Shown: positions 1 through 11,605 of the stretch, piece by piece
How positions within the stretch are numbered: position 1 is the stretch's first letter
How the letters are laid out: each line of letters starts with the position of its first letter
Source of the DNA: Scenedesmus sp. PABB004
Taxonomy: Eukaryota
DNA: 64,000 nt
NCBI GenBank assembly: GCA_014905635.1
Contig: JABVCE010000005.1
Span: 1,550,001 to 1,614,000, forward strand
Reading direction: 5' to 3'
Notes under the pieces: generated by a model
What the model was told of the DNA's origin: nothing
The model's database searches: none
Seen by the model: only the letters and a program-made list of their open reading frames with translations
Program-made: the position numbers and the translations under genes

Positions 1-1660
1 CGCGCAGGCAGTTCATGGCTGGCGGCGCGGCCGGCGGGCAGACGGCGGGGCCGCCGCCCGGCGACGACGGCGACGACGCGCTGCCGGGCGTGCGGGCGAT
101 CGCGCAGCTGCTGGCGCGGTTTGCGTGCAACAACCACACCATCTGCGACGACGAACTGAGGCCGATCGGCGTGGGCCTGTACCCCCTCGGTGCGCTGGTC
201 AATCACAGCTGCACGCCCAACTGCGCGCAGAGCTTCGAGGGGCCGGACATCGTGTTCAAGTGCGCGAAACGCCGCGCCACGGGCGCGCTGCCGCCGCCGC
301 CCCGCCGGCCGCGGGCGACGACGCGCGCCGCGCCGCGCCGCGCCGCCGGCCACCGGCCGCGCAGGACGCTGCGGTGCGTGCCCGCGGGGGAGCAGCTGAG
401 CATCAGCTACGTCGAGCTCGCCGCGCCGCGCCAGGAGCGGCGGCGCACGCTGCTGGCGCAGTATTTCTTTGACATCGACGCGGACGCGGACGCGCACGCG
501 CACGCGCAGACGGGCTGCGTGCGCGAGCCGCTGCCGGCGCCGGCGCAGCCTCCGGCGGGGCGGGGCGCCGCCGGCGGCGGCGACGCCGCGGGCGGCGCGC
601 GCGACGGCGAGGCGACGGTGACGCTGCTGAGCTTCCCTGGCAGAGCCAGGCCGCCCTGGCCGGAGGATGCGGCGGACGGGCAGCTGTGCCAGGTGGTGCT
701 GCGCTGCGCCGGCGGCCAGGCGCGGGCGCTGCCGGGCGGCGTGTGCCTGCTGCCGGCGGTGCCGCCGGCCGGCGGCGCGGGCGGCGACGCGGGCGACGCC
801 GCTGGGCTCTTTGCAGACCTGGAGGCGCTGGCGCTGTCGGGCGGCGGGGTGGGCGGGGCGCCGGCAGCCGAGGGGGCGGGTGAGGGCGGGGAAGCACAGG
901 GCGGCGCAGGGGAGGGGGGCGGCGCCGCGCAGCGGCCGGCGTCGGTCAAGCCGCCGCCGCAGCAGCTGGAGGTGGTGCAGTGGGGCGACTGGGGCGCCGC
1001 GGCCGCGGCCGCGGGCGTCGCGCTGCCGACCGCCGAGCTGGCGCGCGCCGGCGCCGCGGCGGCGCTGGCGGCGTGGCGCCTGCAGCAGCACGCCGACCGG
1101 CTCGCCGAGGGCGGCGCCGCGGGCGCCGCGCTGCGTGCCTACCGGCGGGGCCTCGCGGCCGCGGACGGCGTCGAGCTGCCGCCGTGCGCCGGCGGCGCGC
1201 GCGTGGGCCTCGGCCCCGGGCACGCCCTGCGCGCGCGGCTGACCGCGGGGGTGCTCAAGGCAGCCGTGGACGAGGGCGGCAGCTGGCCGGCCGCCCTGGC
1301 CGCGGCGCGCGCGCTGGTTCCGGTCCACGACGCCGTCTACCCCAAGGCGCGACGCGCGCAGCAGAGCGGAGCGCGCAGCGCGGGCGCGGGCGCTGCGCGG
1401 GGGCGCCGGCCGCCGGCCGCGGCGCTGGCCAACGCGCGTGCCGCCCGCAGGTCTGGCCCAACCGCGGCCTGCACCTCGCGCTGCTGGCCAAGCTGGCGCT
1501 GCTGCTCGAATCGCCGCGCGAGGCGGCCGAGGCGGCGGGCGGCGCGGCCGACGTGCTGCGCGTGACGCACCCCGGCGGCGCCGTGCTGCACGAGGTGCTG
1601 CGCCTGCGCCACGAGGCGGACGCGGAGCTCGCGGCCGCGGCCGCCGCGGCGCGCGAGTGA
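1..1660 (+). CDS. SET/MYND-type (SMYD/ASHR1-like) lysine methyltransferase, 5'-partial, spliced
   Basis: SET motifs [24 protein letters not shown] and [18 protein letters not shown]. Introns at about 260-364 and 1347-1450 (GC-AG) join a final exon [15 protein letters not shown] ending at TGA 1658-1660. Confidence 0.85.
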
Positions 1661-2396
1661 GAACCTCGCCTCGGCGGGCCCCGCCTGCTCGGCGTCGCCG
1701 GGCTGGCGGGCGGCGGCCGCGCGCGCTGTGCCCCGGGGGGGGGTTGGGGCGACGGCAAAGCCCCGGCGCGGCCGGCGCCGGGTGACCAGGGCGCTCCCCG
1801 GCGGCCGTGGAGCGACAGCTGACAGCCTGCAGCCCTGCGCCGAGCGCCGCCGACCCGCGCGCTGCTCTACAGCAGCAGAGGAGGCCCAGCCCACGCCGGG
1901 AGCGCTCGCCGGTTGCAGGCCGCGAGCCTGGAGCGGCAGGCCGAACTCTGCGCAAAGCCCGGCGGTGCGGGGCGGGGCACGGGGCCAGGCGCAGCGCGGG
2001 GCGGGCCCCGCAAAGCGCGATGCCGCGCAGCGGGCCCTGCGGCCAGCACGCGGAACGTGGCGCCGATCGGGGCCGGGTGCGGGACCGGGGGATGGTGGTC
2101 TGCGAGAGCGGCGTGGCAGCGGGCCTGCAGCGGCCGCCCAGCGCGCGGGGCGGCCGGGTCCCTCCCGCAGCGCTGCCCGCCCGCGCTGCCTGGGGAGCGC
2201 TGGCCGCCGTTCGGGCGCTGACGATCACGCCCGGCTCCCGCTCCCTCGCAGGAGCAGGCGGCGCCATGGGCTGCTGAGGCGGCGGCGCCGACCGGCAGCT
2301 GCGCGCAGCAGCGGCGGGCGGGGGAGCGCGCGGCGGGCGGGGGAGCGGCGCGGGCGCTCCAGGACGTCGCCGCAGGCGCGGCCGGGCGGCACAGCC

Positions 2397-4047
2397 ATGG
2401 CAGCGCGGCAGGGGCGGCCGGTGAGCGGCGCGCCGCCGCGCGGGCTGCGGGCAGCTGCAGAGGCGCGCCGCCGGCCCGCCGCGGCGCACACACACGCCCC
2501 CCTCCCCTCCCGTCTCCGCGCAGCCCGTCGAGTCGGTGGACCTCGTGTCCGAGAGCGACACGGAGGACAGCGAGGACATGACGGGGTCGGACGCGGACGA
2601 GCCGAGCTGGATCAGCTGGTTCTGCGGCCTCCGCGGCAACGAGTTCTTCTGCGAGGTCGACGAGGACTACATCGAGGACGACTTCAACCTCTCAGGCCTC
2701 GCCTCCCAGGCGCGCAGCAGCAGAACGCGCAGCCGCTGCCGCCGCCGCGGCCGCCGCCGGTCCGTGTCCCGCCCCGCCGCCGCTTAAACGGAGGTTTGGG
2801 AACCCCAAACCTCCGCCCAAACCCCGGACCCGGGGCGCAGGTGCCGTACTACGAGTACGCGCTGGACATGATCCTCGACAACGAGCCCCCCGCCGACGTC
2901 ATGCTCACAGACGCGCAGCACGAGGCGCGCACACGCGCACGCGCACGCGCGCGCCGCCGCCGCGCGCGTTGGTCGCCCGCCCGCCGCGCCCTGACCGCGC
3001 CGCGCCCGCACCGCGCCGCGGGGCGCCCTGACCGCGCGCAGATGCTGGAGAATGCGGCGGAGATGCTGTACGGCCTCATCCACGCGCGCTACCTGCTCAC
3101 GCAGCGCGGGATGTGCGCGATGATCGAAAAGCTCAAAAACTGCGACTTCGGGCGCTGCCCGCGGTGCGCGCGCCGCGCGCGGCGCACGCCCGGCCGCGGC
3201 TGCCGGCCGGCCAGCTGGCGTCCACGCGCGCGAGCGCACGTGCCCCCGCCCACGCGCGCGCCTGCGCGCTTCCGCCGCCGCCGCTGCCGCCGCGCGGCGC
3301 AGGGTGCTGTGCGACGGGCAGCCGTGCCTGCCGGTCGGCACGAGCGACCAGCCGGGCAGCAGCACGGTCAAGATCTTCTGCCCGCGCTGCGAGGACATCT
3401 ATTACCCGCGCATCGACTACCAGGTGGGTGGGTGTGTGTGTGTGGGTCTGGGTGGGTGTGGGGCTGCGTGTGTGTGTGGGTGTGTGTATTGGTGGGTCTG
3501 GGTGTGTGGGTGGCTGAACGCGCGTGTCTGTGTGCAAGGGGAGGGGGCCGTGGGGCGGCGCGGGGCGCTGCTGGTCGTTCTTCAGCTCACCTCGCCGCCC
3601 CCGTGCCGCGGCGCGCAGTGCTCCATCGACGGCGCCTACTTTGGCACGACCTTCCCGCACCTGCTGCTCATGTCCTTCCCGCTGCAGCGCCCGCCGCGCA
3701 GCAGCGAGCGCTACGTGCCGCGCGTGTTTGGCTTCAAGCTCCACCCGAGCGCCTACGGCGACGGGCGCGACCGCGAGGGCGCCGGCGGCGGCGGCGCGCG
3801 CGCGCCGGTGGCGGCGCGCGGCGGCCGCGGCGGCGGCGGCGGCGGCGGCGGCGCGAGCAGCAGCGCCGCGGCGGCGGCGGGCGGGAGCGGGCAGGCGCCC
3901 CAGCAGCGGGCGCAGCAGGGAGGCTCGCAGGCGCAGAGCATGGACGAGGAGTCGGGCGAGGAGGAGGCGCAGCGGCGGGAGCAGGAGCAGCAGCAGCAGC
4001 AGCAGGCGCAGGCCAACAGCCGGCCGCGCAGCGGCAGCGGCCGGTAG
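2397..4047 (+). CDS. CKB: Casein kinase II regulatory beta subunit, 6 exons
   Basis: [85 protein letters not shown]. Introns 2421-2523, 2710-2840, 2925-3041, 3164-3302 and 3424-3618 keep the frame. Confidence 0.96.
3424..3535. repeat. (GT)n-rich degenerate microsatellite in a CK2 beta intron
   Basis: gtgggtgtgtgtgtgtgggtctgggtgggtgt... run. Confidence 0.8.
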
Positions 4048-4200
4048 CGGCGCTGCCGGGGAGGGGCGGTGGGCGGTGTGCGGGCGGCGGACAGCGGGCG
4101 GCGCGCGGCGGGCCCCGCGGCGCGGCTGCGTCGCGCGGTGCAACCGGCGTTACCGCCGCTCCCCCCACGCCCGCGGGCGCCGCCACGCGCGCGCGCGCCG

Positions 4201-4713
4201 CTACTCCTCCTTGTCGCCCTCCACCTCGGCCCCCGCCGAGGCGGCCGGCGCCGCGCCGTCGTCGGCGGCGCCGGCGGGCGCGCCGCCGGCGGCGGGCGCC
4301 TCGCCCTGGCTGAGCACGTGCAGGACGGCGAACACGATGGCCGCCGCCGCGATGCCCTGCAGCGCCGTGCGGTTGCGCCACGCGAACGCGCACGCGCCGG
4401 GCACGAGGCCGAGCGCCGCGCCGATGGCGGCCATGATGGCGTTGGACAGCCAGGCGCGGTGCTGGCCGCGGTCGAGCGCGTCCGCGCTGCCCGCGCCCGC
4501 GCTGCCCCAGGCCGCGGCGGCGACCCAGACGCCCTCGAAGAGCCAGGCAAAGCCGTACAGCGTCGCGCGCACGGCGCCGGGGAACGCGGGGATCGCAGAG
4601 AGGCCGAACAGCAGCACCGCCAGCCAGCCGACGCCGAAGAGGCTCCACAACACCCACGTGCGCGGGCCGGTGCGCCCGCCCGCCGCCGTCAGCTGCTGCT
4701 GCTGCGGCTGCAT
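4201..4713 (-). CDS. Hypothetical small multi-pass membrane protein
   Basis: Single ORF with four hydrophobic segments ([59 protein letters not shown]). No family recognised. Confidence 0.55.
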   Translation of the reverse strand: MQPQQQQLTAAGGRTGPRTWVLWSLFGVGWLAVLLFGLSAIPAFPGAVRATLYGFAWLFEGVWVAAAAWGSAGAGSADALDRGQHRAWLSNAIMAAIGAALGLVPGACAFAWRNRTALQGIAAAAIVFAVLHVLSQGEAPAAGGAPAGAADDGAAPAASAGAEVEGDKEE

Positions 4714-5218
4714 CGCGCGCTGCTCGCCGCTCTCGTGGCGGCGCAGCTGCTGCCGGCTGCTGCTGCTGCTCGATCTCGCGGCGGGCGGCTTCTGCTCGCT
4801 GCCGCTGCTGTCCCGGCAGAGCCGAGCTGTGCGAGCACGGGGGCCGCGCGGGGCAGCCGGGCGACGGCCGGGCGGACGGCGAGGGCGGCGCGAGCGCAAC
4901 CGACTTTCTGCAGCGGCAGCGACGGCCAGCGGCGGCGTCCCCGCGAGCGTCCAACGGTCACGCAGTTAGTTTAAGCGCACGGGGCGCGATGGGGATGGGG
5001 AGCCTGTGCGGCCGCCGCACTGCGGCGCGGGTGCGACAGGGCTCTGCGCGGCGCAGCGTCGTCACGCTCGCGTCGCCGTGCGCCGCCTGCCCGCGCGGAC
5101 CGGTGCTGCGCGGATGAGACTGCGCGCGCTTCGTGGGACACGACGCGGGCGCCCCCGGCCGGCCCGCCGCGCAGGCGGCGCCGGTCCGCGCGCGCTGACC
5201 GCCCCCGGACTGCAGCGG

Positions 5219-8200
5219 ATGCAGCCGTCCCGCAGCGCACGCCGGGGGCGCGCCGCGCTGAGCGTGGAGGTCGGCAATGCGCTCGGCGACCGGCGCGTGC
5301 CGATTGGCGCCGCGCTGCGGGCGCAGCTGCTGGTGGAGCGCGCGGGGTCGCCACGCGTACGAGCCTTCACGGGAAGCCGTGACTGCACGCTGCTGTCGGC
5401 CGTGCCCGACGGCGCGGGCGGGCTGCGCCTCGACGCGCCTCCGCCGGGCTGGCGCGACGCCACCGCCGCGGGCCTGGCCAGCTTCTCCGGCGCGGCGGGC
5501 GGCCTGCCCGCCGCGCCGGCCAGCCCGCGCGTGGTGGTGCTGCCCGCCGAGCGGCGCTCGCCGTCGGCGACCCCGCCGTTGTCGCCGGGGCGGCGGGCGC
5601 GCGCGCGGGGCAGCCGCCGCCCGGCAGCCCCGGCGCGCAGCTGGCGCACGGCCGCGTGGGGAGCCCCCTGGGGCCAGCCAGCCCCACGGCCACCGTGGGC
5701 ATGCGCAGCAGGAGCAGCTCGAGCACAGGGGCGGCGGCCGCCGGCGGCGGTGGCGCCAGCAGGAGCCGGGCGGCCTCGGGCACGGGGGCCGACGTGGCGG
5801 CGGCCGGACGGGGCCGCGCGCCGCAGCGCGGCGCCGCATGCGCGCCGCCGGAGCCCCCGTTCGGCGCGCTGGCGAGCTCCGCCCGCGCTGCCAGCGCCAG
5901 CCCGCGGCGACAGCGCAGCCTGCACCACCAGCACACCGGCGCCGGCGGCCGCAGCCGCAGCCTCGGGCGGCTGCAGAGCCGCGCGGCCGGCGTGGGCGAC
6001 GACGCGGGCGCCGACGCGGCGCCGGCGCCGGCCGCCAGCCCTCGCGGCCGGGGCCCGCTCGGCGCGCACGGCCGCGTGACGCAGGAGGCGCTGGGCACGC
6101 TCTGGCGCGCGGCTGAGCCCGCCGGCCCGCTCGAGCTGGACGCCGCCGCGCCGAGGCTGCGCGGCGCCAAGCTGAGCGCTCCCGCGCAGGCGGACGTAGA
6201 TTACGTGCTGTCGCGCTGGTCGCGCAGGTGCGGGGCGCGCGCTCGTGGCGCGCGCGCACGGCGGCCGCGGCGGCGGCCGTCAGCTGACGGCAGCCTGCTG
6301 CAGCAGGCGCTGCCGCGTGCGAGCTCGAGTCTGCCGCCGCCCGCGCCGCAGGTGGGAGTGCGACCGCGCGGGCGCCGCCGCGCCGCCGCCGCGGGAGCGC
6401 GAGCCGGCCGCGCCGCCCTGGGAGCAGCGGTCGCCGGGCCAGCTCCACCTCTTTGGCGCCTCGCCGCTGGACCTCGCGCCGCGGCGCGGCTGATCAACGC
6501 GTGCGCGCGCGCGCATGCGCTGTGCTGCCCCGCCCCTTTTTTGCCCCCCACCACTGCGCCGGAGGACCCGCACCACTGCGCCGGAGGACCCGCACCAAAC
6601 TCGCACCACCACTGCGCCGGAGGACCCGCATCAAACTTGCTCCTTGCTCTCTTCCGCCCAGCCGCGACCTGGCAGGTCGCAGGCGCGGGCACACCTGAAT
6701 CGGTCGCGCACGCAGGCGGTGCGCGCGCCACGTGACGGGGCGTGAACGACAAAGCCCTGACCGCCCGCCGCCGCTCGCCAGGAGTGTGCCCCGCCCAGTG
6801 CTCCCTCCCTGTCTGGGCAGCGTGTGCTCGCGCTCTCTCCGTCGCCAGCGCCTCCTAGGCGCTCGCCGCTGCTCGCGCGGACGGCGCCGCCCAGCCCGCA
6901 GCGCTCGTAGGCCCACGCTCGCATGGCGCAGCGCGGAGCGGCGGTGCCGGGCGGGGACGGGGCAGCGGGAAGCAAGAATCGCCTCCAACGCGTGCAGGTG
7001 CGGCGCGCCGCTGCTGCCCAGCGCTGCTGGGCAGGCGGGCGCCCCGCAGCGCCCGCGCAGCGCCCTGCGCGCGCGCACAGCCGCGCCCGCGGCCCGGCGG
7101 TCGCCGGCGCCCGGCGCTCGCGCGCGCACTGGCGGGGCGCCGCCGCTGCTCGCTGCTCGCCGCGCTGCTCACAGTCCCGTGTCCCGCACTCCGCCTCCCC
7201 CCACACACACTCCCTGGCGCTGGCCGCAGGACGCCCTGGGCTTTGGGCGGTCGCGCGGGGACGAGGGCGAGGAGGGCGCGCGCCCGCGGCACCGCCGCGG
7301 CGGGAGCGACGTCGAGCTTTCGGCGCCGCCGGGCCTGGCCAGCGCGAGCACCAGCAGCAGCGGCAGCGCGGCGCAGCCCGCGGCACCGCCGATCGCGGTG
7401 CCGCGCGGCGGGGGCGTGGCCGACGACGCGACGAGCGTGGCGACGCAGGCGGGCTCGGCGGCGCACAGCTTCAGCAGCCTGCACTCCATGTTCACGGACG
7501 CGGGCGACGGCTGCTCCGACGCGGGCGGCGCGCCGCCGTTTGCGGGCGGCGCGGCGGCACCGCCGTTCCGCGGCAGCGACGCCGGCGGCGACGGCGCGGC
7601 GAGCGTGTCGACGCTGCCGCTCATCTCTGAGGCCTACGGCGAGGACGAGGTGCTGCTGGAGGCGCTGGACGAGGCGCACGGCCCCGCCTCGCTCGCGTCG
7701 CCGCGCCGCGCGGCGGCGCTGGCCGCCGCCGACGGCGACGGCGACGACGCGGGCAGCCTGGCCGCGAGCGACGCGTCGGCGCCGCTCCCGCCGCAGCCGC
7801 CGGCGGCGTGGGCGTCGGCGCCCGTCGCTGTGCGCGTGCCCGGCCGCGGCGCGCGCGGCAGCGGCAGCGGCGGCGGGCGGCTCGGCGCGGGCGGCGCGGC
7901 GCCGGGCGGCGAGGCGCGCGAGGGCGCGGCGCCGGGCGGCGAGGCGCGCGAGGGCGAGCCCGTGTCGGCGGCGCTCAGCGGCGGCCTCCCGCTGCCCTTC
8001 TCGACGCGGCGGCGGCCCGACAACGACGACACCTGCTCCTACGCGACGCAGGCCGGCAGCAGTATGACCAGCATGAGCAGCCTGCTCAGCAGCGCGGCGC
8101 CGTCGCTGCATGGCGGCGCGCACGCCGCCGGCGGCGCCGGCCAGGCCGCGCACCCGCTGAGCCAGCCGGCGTGCAGCGAGCTCGGCGAGCCGGGCGGGGG

Positions 8201-8573
8201 ACGGCCGAGCGAGGAGGGCGCGGGGCGCGCGCAGAGCCTGAGCAGCTGCGGGGAGCAGCCGGGCAAGCGCAAGTGCGCGGGCCTGGCCGCCTCGCCCGGC
8301 GGCCCCGCCGGCGCGAGCCCGGCTGCGCTCGGCGGCCCCGCCGGCGCGAGCCCGGCGCCCGGCGGCGAGGGCTCGCTGGAGCGCAGGGGCTCGCTCAAGG
8401 GCGCGCTGCGCAGCGTGATGGCGTGGGGCAGCGGCCTCGGGCAGCGCCTGCACGCGCACGGCGGCAAGCAGCAGCACTCGGCGGCGGCGGCCGCGTCGCA
8501 CGGCAGCAGCGGCGGCGGCGGGCGGCACGCGCGGCAGAGCAGCAGCAGCAGTCAGGAGCTGGTGAGGTTTTGA
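5219..8573 (+). CDS. Hypothetical low-complexity Ser/Ala/Gly-rich protein, spliced
   Basis: Protein-like segments in successive frames (5219-5600, 5641-6227, 7230-8573) bounded by plausible splice sites. Structure uncertain. Confidence 0.45.
6549..6628. repeat. 22-bp direct repeat x3 (CACCACTGCGCCGGAGGACCCG)
   Basis: Copies at 6549, 6571 and 6607. Confidence 0.85.
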
Positions 8574-8814
8574 GCAGCAGCACCAATGCACGCCAGCCGC
8601 GGACCAATTGTTTGTTCCTTTCTCGCCGCACCAAGGCCGTGTGTGCGAGTACGAGCGGGTCGGAGTCTGAGTTGCTGTCACACAGCGCCCCACGCCTCCG
8701 CCCACAAGCGCGCCGCCCGCCCCTCGCGCGCCGCGGCCGTCGCGCCAAGTGTCAGTGCCGCCAGTGCAAGCCAACGCGCTCGACCCAGCCCCGCCGCGCG
8801 TGCCGCCGCCGCCG

Positions 8815-9706
8815 TCACTGGCCCAGCCGCTTCATGCGCGCCTCCGCCGCCGCGGCCATGCGCGCGCGCATGTCGTCGCTGCCCGGCGCCGGCGCGGCCG
8901 CGGCGTCGCCGCCGACCTTCTGCCCCGGGCCCGCCATCGCGCTGGCCTTGCCGTCGAGCGCCACGACCATCGCCTCCAGCCGGCGCGGGTCGGCGCCGGT
9001 CAGCTCCTCCTCGAGCTTGCCGTTGTGGAACGACTGGAACGTCGGCATCGCGCGCACGCCGCACTCGCCCGCGACGTCCTGCGCGCGACGCGGGCGGCGG
9101 CGGTCGCGGCGGCGGCGCGCGCCGGCGCCCGGCCCCGGCGCGCGCCGCCGCGCCGGCCCGTGGCACCGCCGGCGCCGCCGCGGCCGCGTGCCGCGCGGCG
9201 GCTCACGCTGAGCTCGTCGACGTCGATCTTGACGAACTTGACCGCCGGGTAGGCGAGGCTGAGCTTCTCAAACACCGGCCCGATCGCCTGGCACGGCCCG
9301 CACCAGCTGCGGCGGCGCGGCGGGCGCGGCGGCGGTGGGGTCGGCGGCGCGCTGCAAGCTTGCGCGCGCTGGCTGCCTGGGTTCTGCAGACGCGGGGGAG
9401 GGGGGGGGGTGGCGGGCGCGCCCCCGCGCTGCTGCTGCGCTGCACGGCGGCGCGGCGCCAGCAGCGTCGCGCCGAAAGCAGCTCGACGTACACGGCGCTG
9501 AAATCGACTATCACGGCCCCCTTGGCCTTGACGTCGGCCCACTCCGCCGCAGACTTGACCTGCAACGGCGTGAGGGCCGGGCGCAGGTCGCGGCGGGGCG
9601 GCGGCGGGTCGGCGCAGCTGCTCGGGCGCCGCCGCCGCCCGGCGCCGTCTGGCGCGGCCTGGCGTGCCAGGCGGCGAGGCACCTCGATGACGCGGCCGCC
9701 GGCCAT
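8815..9706 (-). CDS. Thioredoxin (WCGPC) with a C-terminal extension, 4 exons
   Basis: Spliced product [60 protein letters not shown]. Confidence 0.92.
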
Positions 9707-9952
9707 GGTCCCGCTGCTGCTGCTGGTGCGGCGCGGCGGCGGCGGCGGCACGGCGAGGCGGAGCTGCTGCTGCTGAGCGGCGACGCAGGGGCTGGCGGGG
9801 CGTGGGTGGGCCGGGGGTGTCTGTGCAGAGCTGCGCGGCAACCACGCGGCGGTCCCGTCGCGCTGCTGCGGGTTCAACGGTCGGCGCGAGGTTCAACGGC
9901 CGCAGCGCGCAGCACCCGCCCGTGCGCGCAAGCCTCCGCACGCGCACAAAGC

Positions 9953-11262
9953 TCACGTCCACTCGGCCTTAAACCCCTTGCTCGCGACGACGGCGTAAAA
10001 CGGGTCGCTCGACGTCCGCCGCAGCAGCGCCGCGAGCGGCTCCGGCAGTAGCGCGCGCAGCACGTCGGCCAGCCCGCCGCGCGGCGGCTCGGGCAGCGGC
10101 ACCTCTGTCAGCACCTCGGGCGGCGTGAAGCCTTCGACGGAGGCAAAGTACGTCTTGACCAGCTGGCAGCGCCCGTAGCCCGTGCTGTCCCGCCACGCGG
10201 CGATGGCCTTGTCGTAGAACATCCGATTGCTGCGTGCGGGGCGCGGCGCGACGGCCGCATGGTCAGGCGGCGCGCCGAGCTGAGGCGCGCGAGGCGCGGC
10301 GCGGGCGCCCTTCCCGCGGCGCCCACACCTAAATGTGAAGATCGCGACGCCGCCGGGGCGCAGCACGCGGTGGATCTCGGCAAACACGCGCTCCGGCTGC
10401 TCAAAGTACTGCACGCTGCGCGCGGGCCCATCCACCGCGCGCCGGGCGGCGTCAGCGCGCGCCACGCGTCGCGCGCCGCGCTCCGCGCGCCCGGCCGCGC
10501 GCCCCGGCCGCGGCGCGGGCGCGGTGGCGCGCCACCCACCTCACGCAGCAGGTCACCGCGTCGACGCTCGCGTCGGCGAGCGCCCAGCCGTCCGGCTCGG
10601 CGTTGAGGTCGCGCACGAAGAACTCGGTCAGAGCGCTGTTGCGCGCGAGCTCCGCCGCATTCATGCCGTGCCCGATCACGCGCCCGTAGGTCGCCTCGGG
10701 CGGGAGGTGCGACACCCAGCTCGACGCGAGGTCGAGGACGTCGCCGCCTGCGGGCGCGCGCGGCGGCTGGGCGCGGCGGCGGCGCGCGCGGACGGGGCGG
10801 CGCCCTGCCGGAGCGTGGCCAGCCCTGGGGTGGGCCGCACGCACCTGGCTTGATGCGTTCGCGGTAGAGCTGCGTGACCTGGGCGAGGAAGGCGTCATCC
10901 ACGTGCTTGACCAGGCGCGGCTGCGAGTAAAACTGCCGGTCGCTGCCGGCGTCCAGCTTGGTGCGCTGCTGCCGCGACAGCACCTCGCGCACGCCCGCGG
11001 ACGCGACCGTGGCCGCCGCGCCGCGCCGGCTGCGGGCGGCGCCGCGCGGCGGCGGTGGTGAACGCCGCTGCGTGCGCGGCGGCGGTGACGTCTGCTCCCA
11101 GCTGCGGCCGCCGCTGAGCAGGCGCTGAGCAGGCACGCCGGCGGCGAGCGGGCAGCGGCAGCGGCAGCGGCGCTGCGCGTGTGCCCACCTCCGGCTGCTG
11201 CCGGCTCGCTGCGGCCGCGCCAGTCCGCTGCCAGCGCTGGATGGCGTCGATGAGAGCGCCAT
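9953..11262 (-). CDS. Class I SAM-dependent methyltransferase (type 11), probable plastid transit peptide
   Basis: [78 protein letters not shown]. Confidence 0.9.
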
Positions 11263-11605
11263 GCGCTGTGGTCGCGAGACGGCGTCGGGCTGCGCGGCGG
11301 CGTGGCGGCGCTGCTGCTCGAGGCCACACAGCGAGCGCGGCGCAGGTCGGCTGGGCGCGTGCTGCTTGGGCCGCGAGGCTGGAGTTACCACGGTGCAGTT
11401 GGGGCGCTAGGGAGAACATGCAGCCGCTCGCCGCCACACGGCAGGGCTCACGCTGAGCCCTGGCCCGCGTGCGGCCGTGCGGGGGTCAGGCGGCAGGCTG
11501 GTCAGGGCCGTCACGGCGCAGGCGGGGCGGTCATGCAGGTCGGGGAAGGGTCAGGCACCGCAGCCTGCGGCGCGGCGCGGCGGCAGCCGGGCTGCGGCGG
11601 GCGCG

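Noticed and set aside
6549..6628. CRISPR-like repeat
   Set aside because: No regular unique spacers (0 and 14 nt), no cas genes, and a eukaryotic context
8815..8817. Selenocysteine readthrough of the thioredoxin TGA
   Set aside because: The active site is an ordinary WCGPC, no SECIS was recognisable, and the downstream sequence is not protein-like.
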